Virus record (IMG/VR): IMGVR_UViG_3300045988_168611
Coordinates: 1 to 64,000 of that record
Source of the DNA: a virus
Length of the DNA stretch: 64,000 nucleotides
Direction: 5' to 3' (one strand)
In this document: positions 18,101-26,023 of the stretch, piece by piece
Numbering within the stretch: position 1 is the first letter of the stretch
How the letters are laid out: the number at the start of each line of letters is the position of its first letter
Program-made: the position numbers and the translations under genes
Notes under the pieces: model-generated
The model's database searches: none
What the model saw: the letters and a program-made list of their open reading frames with translations, nothing else
Told to the model about the DNA's origin: nothing

Positions 18101-18439
18101 AAGGGTCAGGAGGCGAAGGCTCACCGTCAGTCTGCTGAGGCTTCACGTCCCGTGCAGCCAGCGCGTCAGAGCCAGCCACAGCAGACTCAGTCTCAGCCGC
18201 AGCGTGGTGCTGTGGGTGCTCAGCGTCAGCAGGTTCGTCAGCCTCAGGCGCAGCCTCAGCAGCAGGCACCGACGCAGACGCAGGCTCCAGCACAGACTCC
18301 TGCGCCGTCTCGACCGGCACCGTCTCGTGGTTCGCGCTCTCTGAGTGCGCCTCGTCAGGGTGCATCGGGTAAGGCGGGCAAGGGCCTGAAAGGCGTGAAG
18401 CCTTCGGGTGGTTCTTCGATGCCGCCGATGCCCTCGTGA
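15200..18439 (+). CDS. large polytopic membrane protein (VirB6/TcpH-like), with a Gly-rich then Q/P/A-rich C-terminal tail
   Basis: ATG 15200 after AAAGGAGAG. Many hydrophobic helices. Sits immediately downstream of the VirB4-like gene. Confidence 0.55.
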   Translation: MLTSRVRAVRGFTRAMSFVAAVLIAVFGLTMIGGSAYADKDKAEKYDFYTLSSNVTAYFSDATKPGEGDGLSADEGWTTIAQNASEGGNLLGYGDDDVSSFSGWLVSKATGSSNTVGYDSLKVRDNDSSSANSAYSGVLAYAQYGSLLNALGLDSTSTGLGLHFQNMAFGSIMALLYLLAGGIDTIFSAVIWLLETLNPFKLFFSAISASSTAMANGMTGGQGVPVWMQSLDTWFSGWYQALVNLSWTVLIPLFLFVFIISSLMWKKGNALGGLKKLVIRVLFLGVGLPLIGSMYTASLGVMKDATAGAGMGATRVVISTFVDFENWAKKDRLAVPDNATLQWDSSKQAPTGASVNKLRQTTVAINKLANSGAFSSVSDIDVSGLGSISTEAAKADTTSSGGLKDFTYVAAMEMLLRYTTAQSYQASDFDTAIKGRISQQASSGQEQVKSCATTWFNVQADGSTKADGKGCSATKASDNPVLKVREGSGLQASGESGTITFTTSGDKYAGDWVMLGENFNGANLSALSMYNYLNTTFDKNSATTYSSSNAVSSATREYHNSVNLVGSAGVSWLYWVNGAVTLLCFIVLGLGYAFGMFTGAIKNSMHIITAVPFATLGSMAGIAKVVIYTFTMITEIIATMFIYRLVQEIILSIPGIFEGGLEHMFNSMGGFGVYLKNSGNVTLFTSLVSTVLLILLTWKMMHFRGAFVKGLNEAVTKIVDKFLDTNVAPPAGGGKLMPALAGGVGAGVGSAAANRLMSGRGGLGSGSGRGGASSGLMAGSGGIQDGNGGVSGMGGGSMLSINGTDGPGPDEIGPGASGGDPNAPGGGGGGLLLSDGSGGVNVDNSTSNDNSSALMTSESDRQLASEVDARGGLSEPAQLEAGPQADATASSKVANNADDAMSETAGSIQSTMDAHNKADKARVDQATSGVKAVWHGGKAAAKAYSGDVAGAAQDGQKALGDVQSAQTKGQEAKAHRQSAEASRPVQPARQSQPQQTQSQPQRGAVGAQRQQVRQPQAQPQQQAPTQTQAPAQTPAPSRPAPSRGSRSLSAPRQGASGKAGKGLKGVKPSGGSSMPPMPS

Positions 18440-18480
18440 GCCCATGGTGACTGTGTGAGAGTGTTCATGTGACACTCATG

Positions 18481-18524
18481 ACGCCCTCGATTATGCTGGA
18501 TCTTCAGTGTGATCGAGGGCGTTT
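18481..18524 (+). terminator. hairpin ACGCCCTCGAT/ATCGAGGGCGT followed by TTT
   Basis: Perfect 11-bp stem read directly. Confidence 0.6.
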
Positions 18525-18645
18525 CACTTGCTCGATGCACGTGGGTTGTGTAGTATGTATCTAGGTCATGAGTGTAGGCATCTGACAACCCGCCGGGCTC
18601 TGGCCAGATGCACATGTCAGCTATTTTCAAACGAAAGGAGAGATC

Positions 18646-19050
18646 ATGTCTCTCGATATTCTCGCTACTCAGACGATCGATGTCCTCAACGCCCAGGCGA
18701 ATCGTGCACTCTTCGCGATCGCGGATAACCCGCTTGTTGCGGACTGGGATCTGAAGAGCTTCCTCGTCAATGCGACGACCTACATCAAGTTCATTGGTGG
18801 TCTGGTCATCGTGCTGCTCGGTACGGCTGCGGTCGTGTGGGGCGCTTACAAGTTCTTCAGCAAGTTGTTTGGTGGCCAGTCGGCCGCTCAGACTTCTTGG
18901 GTGACTGTCGCGCTGCTCATCATTATCGGTGGTGCAGCGATGGCCGGTGGTGGCTCTCTCGTCTTCGGTATTGCCGAGGGTGGTAAGACCACGATTGAGG
19001 ATCTCGGCGGAGGCACGATTCTGCCGTATCTTCTGACCATGTGGCCGTGA
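18646..19050 (+). CDS. small membrane protein (134 aa)
   Basis: ACGAAAGGAGAG SD. Two hydrophobic helices. Confidence 0.6.
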   Translation: MSLDILATQTIDVLNAQANRALFAIADNPLVADWDLKSFLVNATTYIKFIGGLVIVLLGTAAVVWGAYKFFSKLFGGQSAAQTSWVTVALLIIIGGAAMAGGGSLVFGIAEGGKTTIEDLGGGTILPYLLTMWP

Positions 19051-19088
19051 TAGGTTAACAGCGCAACGATGGTCAAAAGGTCACTGTG

Positions 19089-19121
19089 ACAGCCGGGGCC
19101 GGTTCATCCGGCTCCGGCTGT
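19089..19121 (+). terminator. GC-rich hairpin ACAGCCGGGGCCGG/CCGGCTCCGGCTGT
   Basis: 14-bp stem with one G-U pair. Confidence 0.55.
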
Positions 19122-19180
19122 TGCTATCCACACGCACTCCCAGATTAAAAACATAGAACACGAATCGAAAGGATCACAAT

Positions 19181-20629
19181 ATGGCATGGGGTAAAGGTAA
19201 AAAGAACGGTGAGAATCAGAATGTATCTGTGGATGACGTTCGTGATGATGCCGCTGTAGACACTGTAGTGGCTGACGATACCTCGTCTAGTTTCGCTGCG
19301 AAGTTTAAGGCATTCCAGACCCGCTTCAAGTTTGATTCGCACCACGCGATGGAGCGATTTGGTGTCGCTGTGGCTGTTTTCAGTCTGACGGGCGCAGCAC
19401 TGTTGACTGGTGCAGGTGTGTCGTCGTACACGAATGCCCAGGAACAGCTCAGCGCGACGGCGATGTACACGCAGAGTTTTACGACCTCTCGCACGCAGGC
19501 AACCGGTCGCGTGATGGGTGTGTACACAGATCCGTCTAAGACTCGCACAATGGTGCTTCTCAATGCTCGTGACGAGGCACGTCTTCCCGCGAACGCGGAT
19601 GACTACCAGGTGTTCCTGACGGGCACCGATCGCGAGCTCCATCAGCACTCGTTGAAGGGTAAGTCGATCACGGCTCGTTACGTGACGTTTGGCAACAACG
19701 CCAAGTACATGGCGGTTGTCTTGGATAATCCGAACGGCTTTGATCTCCAGATCCTCGATATGACGATTCGTATCAATCGAGAGATCTCCTACAAGGAGGG
19801 TGAGGGCGCTGCCAGTGAGCCCCAGTCCGGTGGATCGTCTTCGTCGAAGACTGATCCCAACGCAGGCGATAAGTCTTTCCAGCAGTACGATCAGATGCGT
19901 ATTGCGTTCAACCCTGTGGCATCGGGATCTGTCAGCATGAACCTTGGAACGGCTGGTACTGAGTTCAATGCGGGCGATGTCTACCACGAGGCTGTGACTC
20001 GTGATGCCGAGCAGAAGCTGCGAGATGCGATGGATGGCCAGTTGCTTCAGATGAAGGCTGATCTGGCGAAGATCGACCAGTACACCTCGCAGATCTCTAC
20101 AACCTCTGTGAACGATCGTGGCACGATGCTTCAGCTCAATGAGCCGGTGGTTCCCGATGTCATTGCGGGTGATCAGGTGACTGGTCAGGATGCGAAGAGC
20201 AGCAAGACCGGTGAGTCGACGCTGTTCCTGTCGTCCAAGACTGTTGTGCCTGGTGGTTACGACTTCGATTGGCGACACGGCACCGTGAACGAGGGCTACC
20301 TCGATCAGGTTGTCCCCAAGGGCATGAGCTACGTGGACTTCATGAAGTCTCAGGCTGCGCTGTCTGCACCGGCTCCTGATTGGCAAAAGGTTGAGTTCAC
20401 TCTGACCAATGGAACGCCACTGAGTTCGTACACGAACCGTGACACGTTCGTGAAGCCGTTGCTGGATCTGCGTAGCAACCTCATCACGTCGTGGCAGACC
20501 TATTACGACCACAAGAAGGCGTACCAGGTCACGTCCTACAACGATCTGCTTAATCTGGAGATCGAGCTGCGTAATGTGCGAACGAACACAGTGCAGAATA
20601 CAAATGCCAATGTGTTGACGTTGTACTGA
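19181..20629 (+). CDS. membrane-anchored conjugation protein (TcpC/VirB8-like position; tentative)
   Basis: SD CGAAAGGA. A single N-terminal TM helix (FGVAVAVFSLTGAALLTGAGV) followed by a large extracytoplasmic part. Confidence 0.4.
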   Translation: MAWGKGKKNGENQNVSVDDVRDDAAVDTVVADDTSSSFAAKFKAFQTRFKFDSHHAMERFGVAVAVFSLTGAALLTGAGVSSYTNAQEQLSATAMYTQSFTTSRTQATGRVMGVYTDPSKTRTMVLLNARDEARLPANADDYQVFLTGTDRELHQHSLKGKSITARYVTFGNNAKYMAVVLDNPNGFDLQILDMTIRINREISYKEGEGAASEPQSGGSSSSKTDPNAGDKSFQQYDQMRIAFNPVASGSVSMNLGTAGTEFNAGDVYHEAVTRDAEQKLRDAMDGQLLQMKADLAKIDQYTSQISTTSVNDRGTMLQLNEPVVPDVIAGDQVTGQDAKSSKTGESTLFLSSKTVVPGGYDFDWRHGTVNEGYLDQVVPKGMSYVDFMKSQAALSAPAPDWQKVEFTLTNGTPLSSYTNRDTFVKPLLDLRSNLITSWQTYYDHKKAYQVTSYNDLLNLEIELRNVRTNTVQNTNANVLTLY

Positions 20630-20686
20630 GTGTGGGACGGGACGAAAGAACGGATAAGAGCTCGAATGAACGAAAAGGAGATAGGT

Positions 20687-22567
20687 ATGAAACCAGAGGG
20701 GATTGAAAAGCTCCCTCAGAGTCAAGATGCCGGTATTGAACCGTCTGCTCAGCCCAATGAGCCTGTGGACACGGGAGCTGACACAGGAGCGAACGGTACC
20801 GATGTGATGGGTTCTGGTGGCGCTGAGCCCGGTGACGGTGGTCTGCTGGGTGACGGTATCCAGGGAGGCCAGGGTCAGGGCGGTGCTCGTAAGGCTGCGA
20901 CCGGAGCTGCTGCTGGAGCAGCGGCTCCTGCTGCGGCGCAAGCCGCTGCGCTGACTGTGTTTCTCAATTGGCTCAAGACGGTGATGATGTCGATCATGGC
21001 AGCGGCTCAGTCACTGTGGTCTGCGATCACAGGTGCTGTTGTTGCAGCAGCAAAGGCTGTCGTTGGTTTCTTCACAGGAGCCGGTGCAGCTGTTGCCAGC
21101 GCACTAGGTGGAGCTGTGTCGGCGGCGACCGCGACTGTTGCAACGGTTGTGGCAACGGCTGTTGGCGCGGGTGCTGTTATTGCTGGTGGCGCGGTTGCGT
21201 TGCGTGATGGCGACATGGCTGCTCGCAGCGATGGGTTGCTAGAGCCATGCACTGTGGCTGTTGAAAACGCAGCAAAGGCAGCAGACGGCGCTGTTGGTGA
21301 TGTATCTGCCAAGACCGAAGAGAATGCCAAGACTGTGTACTCTGTGCTCTCTGCCTGGGGTATGTCGGATGAGAACATTGCTGGTGTTCTGGGCAACTGG
21401 TCGCACGAGTCGGGTATCGATCCAACCAGTGTGGAGACGATCTTTGACGAGAAGTTCACGATTGGTCCTCGTAAGCAAGACGCTGAGGCCAAGGGCTTCA
21501 AGATTGCACAGGTGGATCCTGCGTATTCGGCACGTTTCCCTGCGATCGATCTCATGGGTATTGGTCTGGGTCAGTGGACAAACGGTCGTAACGCGCTGCT
21601 CACCGAGTACGCACAATCGATCGGTAAGCCGTGGTCGACGCTGGAAACCCAGCTCGGCTTCATGATTTCAAAGGACGATCCGGCTCGCGTGGCTCAGGTG
21701 AAGGCTCTGATCGATAACTCCGAGGGCGGTAGCGTCTCTGCGTCGACCTCGTACTTCCTCACGAAGTGGGAAGGTATCAACGACGGTACGCTCGGCTCTC
21801 GCGAGAGCGCTGCTGGTACCTGGTTTGCCAAGATGGGCGGCTGGGAGAAGAACAAGTCTCTCGCTGATTCGATCCTGGCTCAGTCGGGCAGCGCTGTGAC
21901 CGGTGCGAACAGTAGCTCCGTTGCCGCTGCTGCCAGCAAGTGCAAGTCGCACGGTGGCAAGGTGGATAACTCCACGATGGTCAAGGCTGCGATCTCTTAC
22001 GCATGGCCGTACAACGACGATGGTAAGGGTAACGATGGCACCGACATCTACAAGTACCTCCACAAGGAGGTGCTCGGTGAGTCGGATAACTACTTTGCCT
22101 CGTGCGACCGTACTGTTGCCACCGCTGTTCGCTGGTCTGGTACTGACGATACGTACCCGGCTGGTGGCGTGTCCAATCAGCTAGAGTATCTTCAGGGTCA
22201 GGGTGGTTCGAAGTGGACCAAGATCGACTACAACGGCGACAAGTCCAAGCTTCAGCCCGGTGACATCCTCCTGCGTACAACTGGCGGTGTGTCGCACACG
22301 GTCATGTACGTTGGTGAGGACTCTGTGAAGGAAGTCTGGGGCGAGGGTAACTACGAGCCCCAGGGCGAGATCGTCTCGGGTTCGCTCAACGATCGCGCTC
22401 CGACAGTGGGCCAGTTCTACACTGGTTCGACCGGTCTCGATACGGACTATGTCGCGTACCGAAACACCACGAAGGAGTCTTCCTCGAAGTTTGCATCGGT
22501 GACGGTTCCGTCCACGATGCAAAAGGGTCAGGGCGATAAGAACTCTCGTCTGACCCCTGGTCCGTGA
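20687..22567 (+). CDS. T4SS peptidoglycan hydrolase: lysozyme-like domain plus NlpC/P60-type Cys peptidase domain
   Basis: ATG 20687 after AAAGGAG. Ala-rich TM region. NIAGVLGNWSHESGIDP...GIGLGQWTNGR is a phage-tail-lysozyme-like signature. C-terminal YFASCDRTV...GGVSHTVMYVG supplies the Cys...His pair. Confidence 0.7.
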   Translation: MKPEGIEKLPQSQDAGIEPSAQPNEPVDTGADTGANGTDVMGSGGAEPGDGGLLGDGIQGGQGQGGARKAATGAAAGAAAPAAAQAAALTVFLNWLKTVMMSIMAAAQSLWSAITGAVVAAAKAVVGFFTGAGAAVASALGGAVSAATATVATVVATAVGAGAVIAGGAVALRDGDMAARSDGLLEPCTVAVENAAKAADGAVGDVSAKTEENAKTVYSVLSAWGMSDENIAGVLGNWSHESGIDPTSVETIFDEKFTIGPRKQDAEAKGFKIAQVDPAYSARFPAIDLMGIGLGQWTNGRNALLTEYAQSIGKPWSTLETQLGFMISKDDPARVAQVKALIDNSEGGSVSASTSYFLTKWEGINDGTLGSRESAAGTWFAKMGGWEKNKSLADSILAQSGSAVTGANSSSVAAAASKCKSHGGKVDNSTMVKAAISYAWPYNDDGKGNDGTDIYKYLHKEVLGESDNYFASCDRTVATAVRWSGTDDTYPAGGVSNQLEYLQGQGGSKWTKIDYNGDKSKLQPGDILLRTTGGVSHTVMYVGEDSVKEVWGEGNYEPQGEIVSGSLNDRAPTVGQFYTGSTGLDTDYVAYRNTTKESSSKFASVTVPSTMQKGQGDKNSRLTPGP

Positions 22568-22587
22568 TCATGTAGCATCACTCATGG

Positions 22588-22623
22588 CACCCCGTACTGG
22601 ATGATTGCATCTGGTACGGGGTG
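22588..22623 (+). terminator. hairpin CACCCCGTAC/GTACGGGGTG
   Basis: Perfect 10-bp stem after the stop at 22567. Confidence 0.6.
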
Positions 22624-22701
22624 TTGTGGTATGATTGATTATGTTGATACACGAGTGAAATCACGTCAATGGAAAAGAGATAGAGAAAGGGAGTGATGAC
22701 C

Positions 22702-23472
22702 ATGGCGGATCGAATGAGCAAGCTCAGTGAATGGGCGAAGACACCAACGCCGAAAACGCATTGGAAGAGTGGCCAGGAATTGGCCGATGAGCTTGAACGT
22801 AAGAAGGCTCAGCGCGCCGAAAAGAAGGCTCACGACGACGGTGACGGTAAGAAGCGTCGTATCGATCTGAAGATCGCAGCGGGCTTGGGCCTGGCTGCGA
22901 TGGGAATCGGCATTGCGATCGTGGGTACTCAGAGTGCTCCAATCGATCGAAGCGCTGAGATCCAGACCTTGACTGCCCAGGTTGCTCAGGCTCAGCAGGC
23001 ATCCGAAGTTGTGCCTGACGTTGAGGGGGCAAAGGCTGCTGTGAATTCTCTCCAGGAGAAGAGCCAGCAGGTAGCCGACCTCCAGAACGAATATCGTGGC
23101 TGGTCGACGAGTACCTCGGACGCGGATGCGCAGCGTGTGGCTGATCTGCATGCTCGGCTTAGTGAGCTTGTACCTGATGGCGCTGCCGTGCGTTGGTACG
23201 CGCCGCTGGCGAAAGACGCTTCGGGTCAGACGAGTGCATTGCCCGCTGATCAGTACGAATGGGAATCGGTTGTCACCTATGGCGTGACAGACACGTCGGC
23301 ATTGCCGATCGCTTGGCTGTGCAAGAGTTCTGACGGCACGCTGCTGGCATGGACGACGGCCACATACGACGCTGCCTCGGGCACTTTCTCCGGTGTTCAC
23401 ACCGGAGTGACGACTGCTGGTGCGCGACTGCTCGTCAGTGACGATACGGCTCACGAGAATGGAGTTGGCTGA
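22702..23472 (+). CDS. membrane-anchored hypothetical protein
   Basis: ATG 22702 with GGGAG SD. One TM helix (AAGLGLAAMGIGIAIVG). Confidence 0.55.
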   Translation: MADRMSKLSEWAKTPTPKTHWKSGQELADELERKKAQRAEKKAHDDGDGKKRRIDLKIAAGLGLAAMGIGIAIVGTQSAPIDRSAEIQTLTAQVAQAQQASEVVPDVEGAKAAVNSLQEKSQQVADLQNEYRGWSTSTSDADAQRVADLHARLSELVPDGAAVRWYAPLAKDASGQTSALPADQYEWESVVTYGVTDTSALPIAWLCKSSDGTLLAWTTATYDAASGTFSGVHTGVTTAGARLLVSDDTAHENGVG

Positions 23473-23473
23473 G

Positions 23474-24142
23474 ATGACGCAAGAGAACAAGAAGACGCCT
23501 GTTATTGCACGGTTCGGTGCGCTGATCGCAGGAAGCGCGATCCTCCTGGGTGGTGTCGGTGTCGCGGCAACGCACAGTGATCATGTGGCCGATGAGAATG
23601 CTCGCACCGCTGAGCAGGTGCAACAGCTGCAATCGCAGCTTGCATCGTTGGAATCGTCGACTGTCGATCACCAGGAGACTGTCTCGGCTGAAGCAACCGG
23701 CATGTCTCCCGCTCGTAAGCACAGCGATGATGAGGCCGTGAAGGCCATCATGAAGCAGGCGCTCACGTGGTCGAGCGGGGATGAGTACATCTCTGCGCGA
23801 CAGGCGCTCATCGATCGCTGGCATCTGGATGAGACCTCTCAGTTCCTCACGGTGTTCATGCCGGGGGAGGATGCAGGAGCCTGGCGTACGGACTCGTCCG
23901 GTAAGACGTATTTCGCTTATGAGGGCGCAAACTCGTCCCTCGACAGTTTCACGACCTCTGTGACAGACGTTGACGGCACGAAGTATACGTACTTTGCTGT
24001 CGTTGGTATTACGACCACGAGCACCGATGGCAAGGCGACGAGCACGTCGTACTCCACGATGCGTTACACGCTTGATAGCGATGGTTCGATCTCGGACATC
24101 ACCGGTTGGGCCGGTGCTCCGGGACGCGATCGAACCTACTGA
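23474..24142 (+). CDS. membrane-anchored hypothetical protein
   Basis: ATG 23474 sits next to the upstream TGA (translational coupling). One TM helix. Confidence 0.55.
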   Translation: MTQENKKTPVIARFGALIAGSAILLGGVGVAATHSDHVADENARTAEQVQQLQSQLASLESSTVDHQETVSAEATGMSPARKHSDDEAVKAIMKQALTWSSGDEYISARQALIDRWHLDETSQFLTVFMPGEDAGAWRTDSSGKTYFAYEGANSSLDSFTTSVTDVDGTKYTYFAVVGITTTSTDGKATSTSYSTMRYTLDSDGSISDITGWAGAPGRDRTY

Positions 24143-24207
24143 GCGATGATGGGTGCGGTCCCACTCGTTCTTCCACTTTTTCACCAATAACCTGAAAGGA
24201 ATCTGTT

Positions 24208-24687
24208 ATGAATCTGTCTTCTCTCATTAACACTGCTCGCACGCCTATGACCCTTGATGAGAAGGGTTCGATTAAGCGCAGTGCTCGCATGGGTGTCTAC
24301 GTTGTGGCGCGCGTCATCGGCTTTGTCTCGTGGGTTCTCGTGAGCCTATGGATCATGCTGTGGGGTGCCTTGAAGGTCATTCCGAACATGGGCCGTCTCG
24401 TCCAAGACGGTCTTGGCGTGACGAGTGCGAATGCTCCGAGTACGGAAGCTTTCATCGCGTACTGGGTCGCTCCGATGCTGCTCATTACGATCGTGATTTC
24501 CGCTGGTGTGATCTGGTTGTGCGCACTTGGCCATCGTGGCATGAACAAGGTGTTTGCAGCGATGCGTCGTTGGGTTGATCGTGCTGAGTTCGATACGAGT
24601 ACCAAGGCGCTTGACAAGATGTCTGAGAAGTTGTCTGAGACGTTGGAGCTGGCGAAGAAGGCAGAGAAGAAGTCTCGCCAACGCTGA
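24208..24687 (+). CDS. polytopic small membrane protein (159 aa)
   Basis: SD GAAAGGAA. Three hydrophobic helices. Confidence 0.6.
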   Translation: MNLSSLINTARTPMTLDEKGSIKRSARMGVYVVARVIGFVSWVLVSLWIMLWGALKVIPNMGRLVQDGLGVTSANAPSTEAFIAYWVAPMLLITIVISAGVIWLCALGHRGMNKVFAAMRRWVDRAEFDTSTKALDKMSEKLSETLELAKKAEKKSRQR

Positions 24688-24728
24688 TCGCGTTGGGGTA
24701 TCCACCAACCAACAAAGAAAGAAGGAAC

Positions 24729-25883
24729 ATGAGTACAGTAACTGGCATGAAGCGCTCCAACCGCTGGGCGCGACACGCGCTATCGATGCGAGGCGTTGAG
24801 TCTCGCGAGGTCAAGGGTGAAGCTGACATCAAGGTGCTCGTTGACACCTTGTACTTCACCAACCACGGGGCCAGGTCGAATTACCGGCCTGTCCTCCACG
24901 TCCGAGGTCGTCTCGTGGGACTTGTTCCCTATGGATCGCCTGAGATCGCCTATGGTGTGACAGAGGTGGATTTCGATCAGATGGACGGCGGTGCAACAAC
25001 TGTCGATGCATTCTACGAGTTCACTGACGAGCAGCTGGTGTCGCTGGTCGAAAAGGGCTTTTTCAACGAGGGCTTTGAGCCACCCAGCGATCTGCTCAAC
25101 CAGGTGTGGATGCTCCCGGCCCATTACGAGGGTGTTGTTATCGCACCTCGTAACGAGAACGAAGCACCACTGGCATTCCTCGATGTCGTCGATCGGGATG
25201 GCCTGGTTGTCGACGCTGTGACATCGGGTCTGGATCTGTCCGACTACTTCCCGGACTACCTCGCTCAGATCCGTGCTCGTGATCATGAGAGCGAGAAGGC
25301 TGTCGATCATGCGCTGGAGCGCACGGATCACGTGAATGATGTCTTTGCTGGGATGGAGTCTCAGTTCGATGACGAGGGTACCGATGGTCGCACCAACGAG
25401 GCCGAGGGTGCATCGATTGCTCAGGCTCTCAGCGGTGAGTCGACCGTGCTACCCGTCATGGACTCGCCTCTCTTCGATGCGCTCATGCGCAACGCTCAGG
25501 CCGCTCAGCGTGCAGATGAAACTGAGGCCGAGGTTGCGCCTGAGGCTGAAACCGAGATCCAGTCTGCTCCTGTTGCCCAGGCTCAGCCTGAGGTCGTTGA
25601 CGACGTTGAGAGCCAGCGTGCAACCCTGACGACCGATGCTTTGGCGTCGACGTTCCGTGAGGTCGTTGCTGATGTCATCAACACTTCGGTTGCTCAGAAC
25701 GCGCCCGAGATTCTGGTTCAGCCCGAGGTTGATTCGATCGAGGATCTGCACGAGGCTGTTGCTGATGCCGAGCGAGATACGGAGCGAAAGCGTCTGTCGG
25801 CTCGTGAGGCTGTGGAGGCTGCGGCACCGGTCGCAACGGCGGACGAGATTGACGCTGCTGATCTCGATGATCCAGAATTCTGA
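24729..25883 (+). CDS. hypothetical acidic protein ending in ...DLDDPEF
   Basis: ATG 24729 after AGAAGGAA. D/E/A-rich C-terminal half. Confidence 0.55.
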   Translation: MSTVTGMKRSNRWARHALSMRGVESREVKGEADIKVLVDTLYFTNHGARSNYRPVLHVRGRLVGLVPYGSPEIAYGVTEVDFDQMDGGATTVDAFYEFTDEQLVSLVEKGFFNEGFEPPSDLLNQVWMLPAHYEGVVIAPRNENEAPLAFLDVVDRDGLVVDAVTSGLDLSDYFPDYLAQIRARDHESEKAVDHALERTDHVNDVFAGMESQFDDEGTDGRTNEAEGASIAQALSGESTVLPVMDSPLFDALMRNAQAAQRADETEAEVAPEAETEIQSAPVAQAQPEVVDDVESQRATLTTDALASTFREVVADVINTSVAQNAPEILVQPEVDSIEDLHEAVADAERDTERKRLSAREAVEAAAPVATADEIDAADLDDPEF

Positions 25884-25902
25884 CATCATGAGCAGCAAGT
25901 AA

Positions 25903-25939
25903 TGACAGGGGCGGTGGGGCATACCTGCCGCCCCTGTCA
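25903..25939. other. 12-bp perfect inverted repeat (TGACAGGGGCGG / CCGCCCCTGTCA), followed by an AT-rich tract to about 26005
   Basis: Read directly. It is either the terminator of the upstream gene or the oriT inverted repeat upstream of the relaxase. Confidence 0.5.
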
Positions 25940-26023
25940 ACGCCGTACTGTATGTATGTAATGATTTTTATTTAAAAAATAGACGCAATTTGAAGCAATT
26001 AGAACGAAAGGTGTGTTGATACC

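Noticed and set aside
17400-18330. Gly-rich then Q/P/A-rich stretch at the 3' end of CDS 15200..18439, considered as a tandem DNA repeat
   Set aside because: I could find no exact nucleotide period. It looks like compositional low complexity in a disordered tail rather than a repeat array.
18636-18645. Recurring (A/T)CGAAAGGA / GAAAGGAG motif before many start codons, considered as a novel regulatory motif
   Set aside because: It is complementary to the 3' end of 16S rRNA (extended SD). It occurs at the expected 5-9 nt from starts throughout the window, so ribosome binding explains it.
19145-20941. 598-aa minus-strand ORF antisense to CDS 19181..20629
   Set aside because: It has the R/S/L/H-rich composition typical of antisense frames in high-GC DNA, and it has no SD. 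The sense strand has an SD, a TM helix and operon context. The same reasoning applies to the ORFs at 14046..15107(-), 15935..17305(-), 30116..31342(-), 41680..42912(-) and 47904..49160(-).
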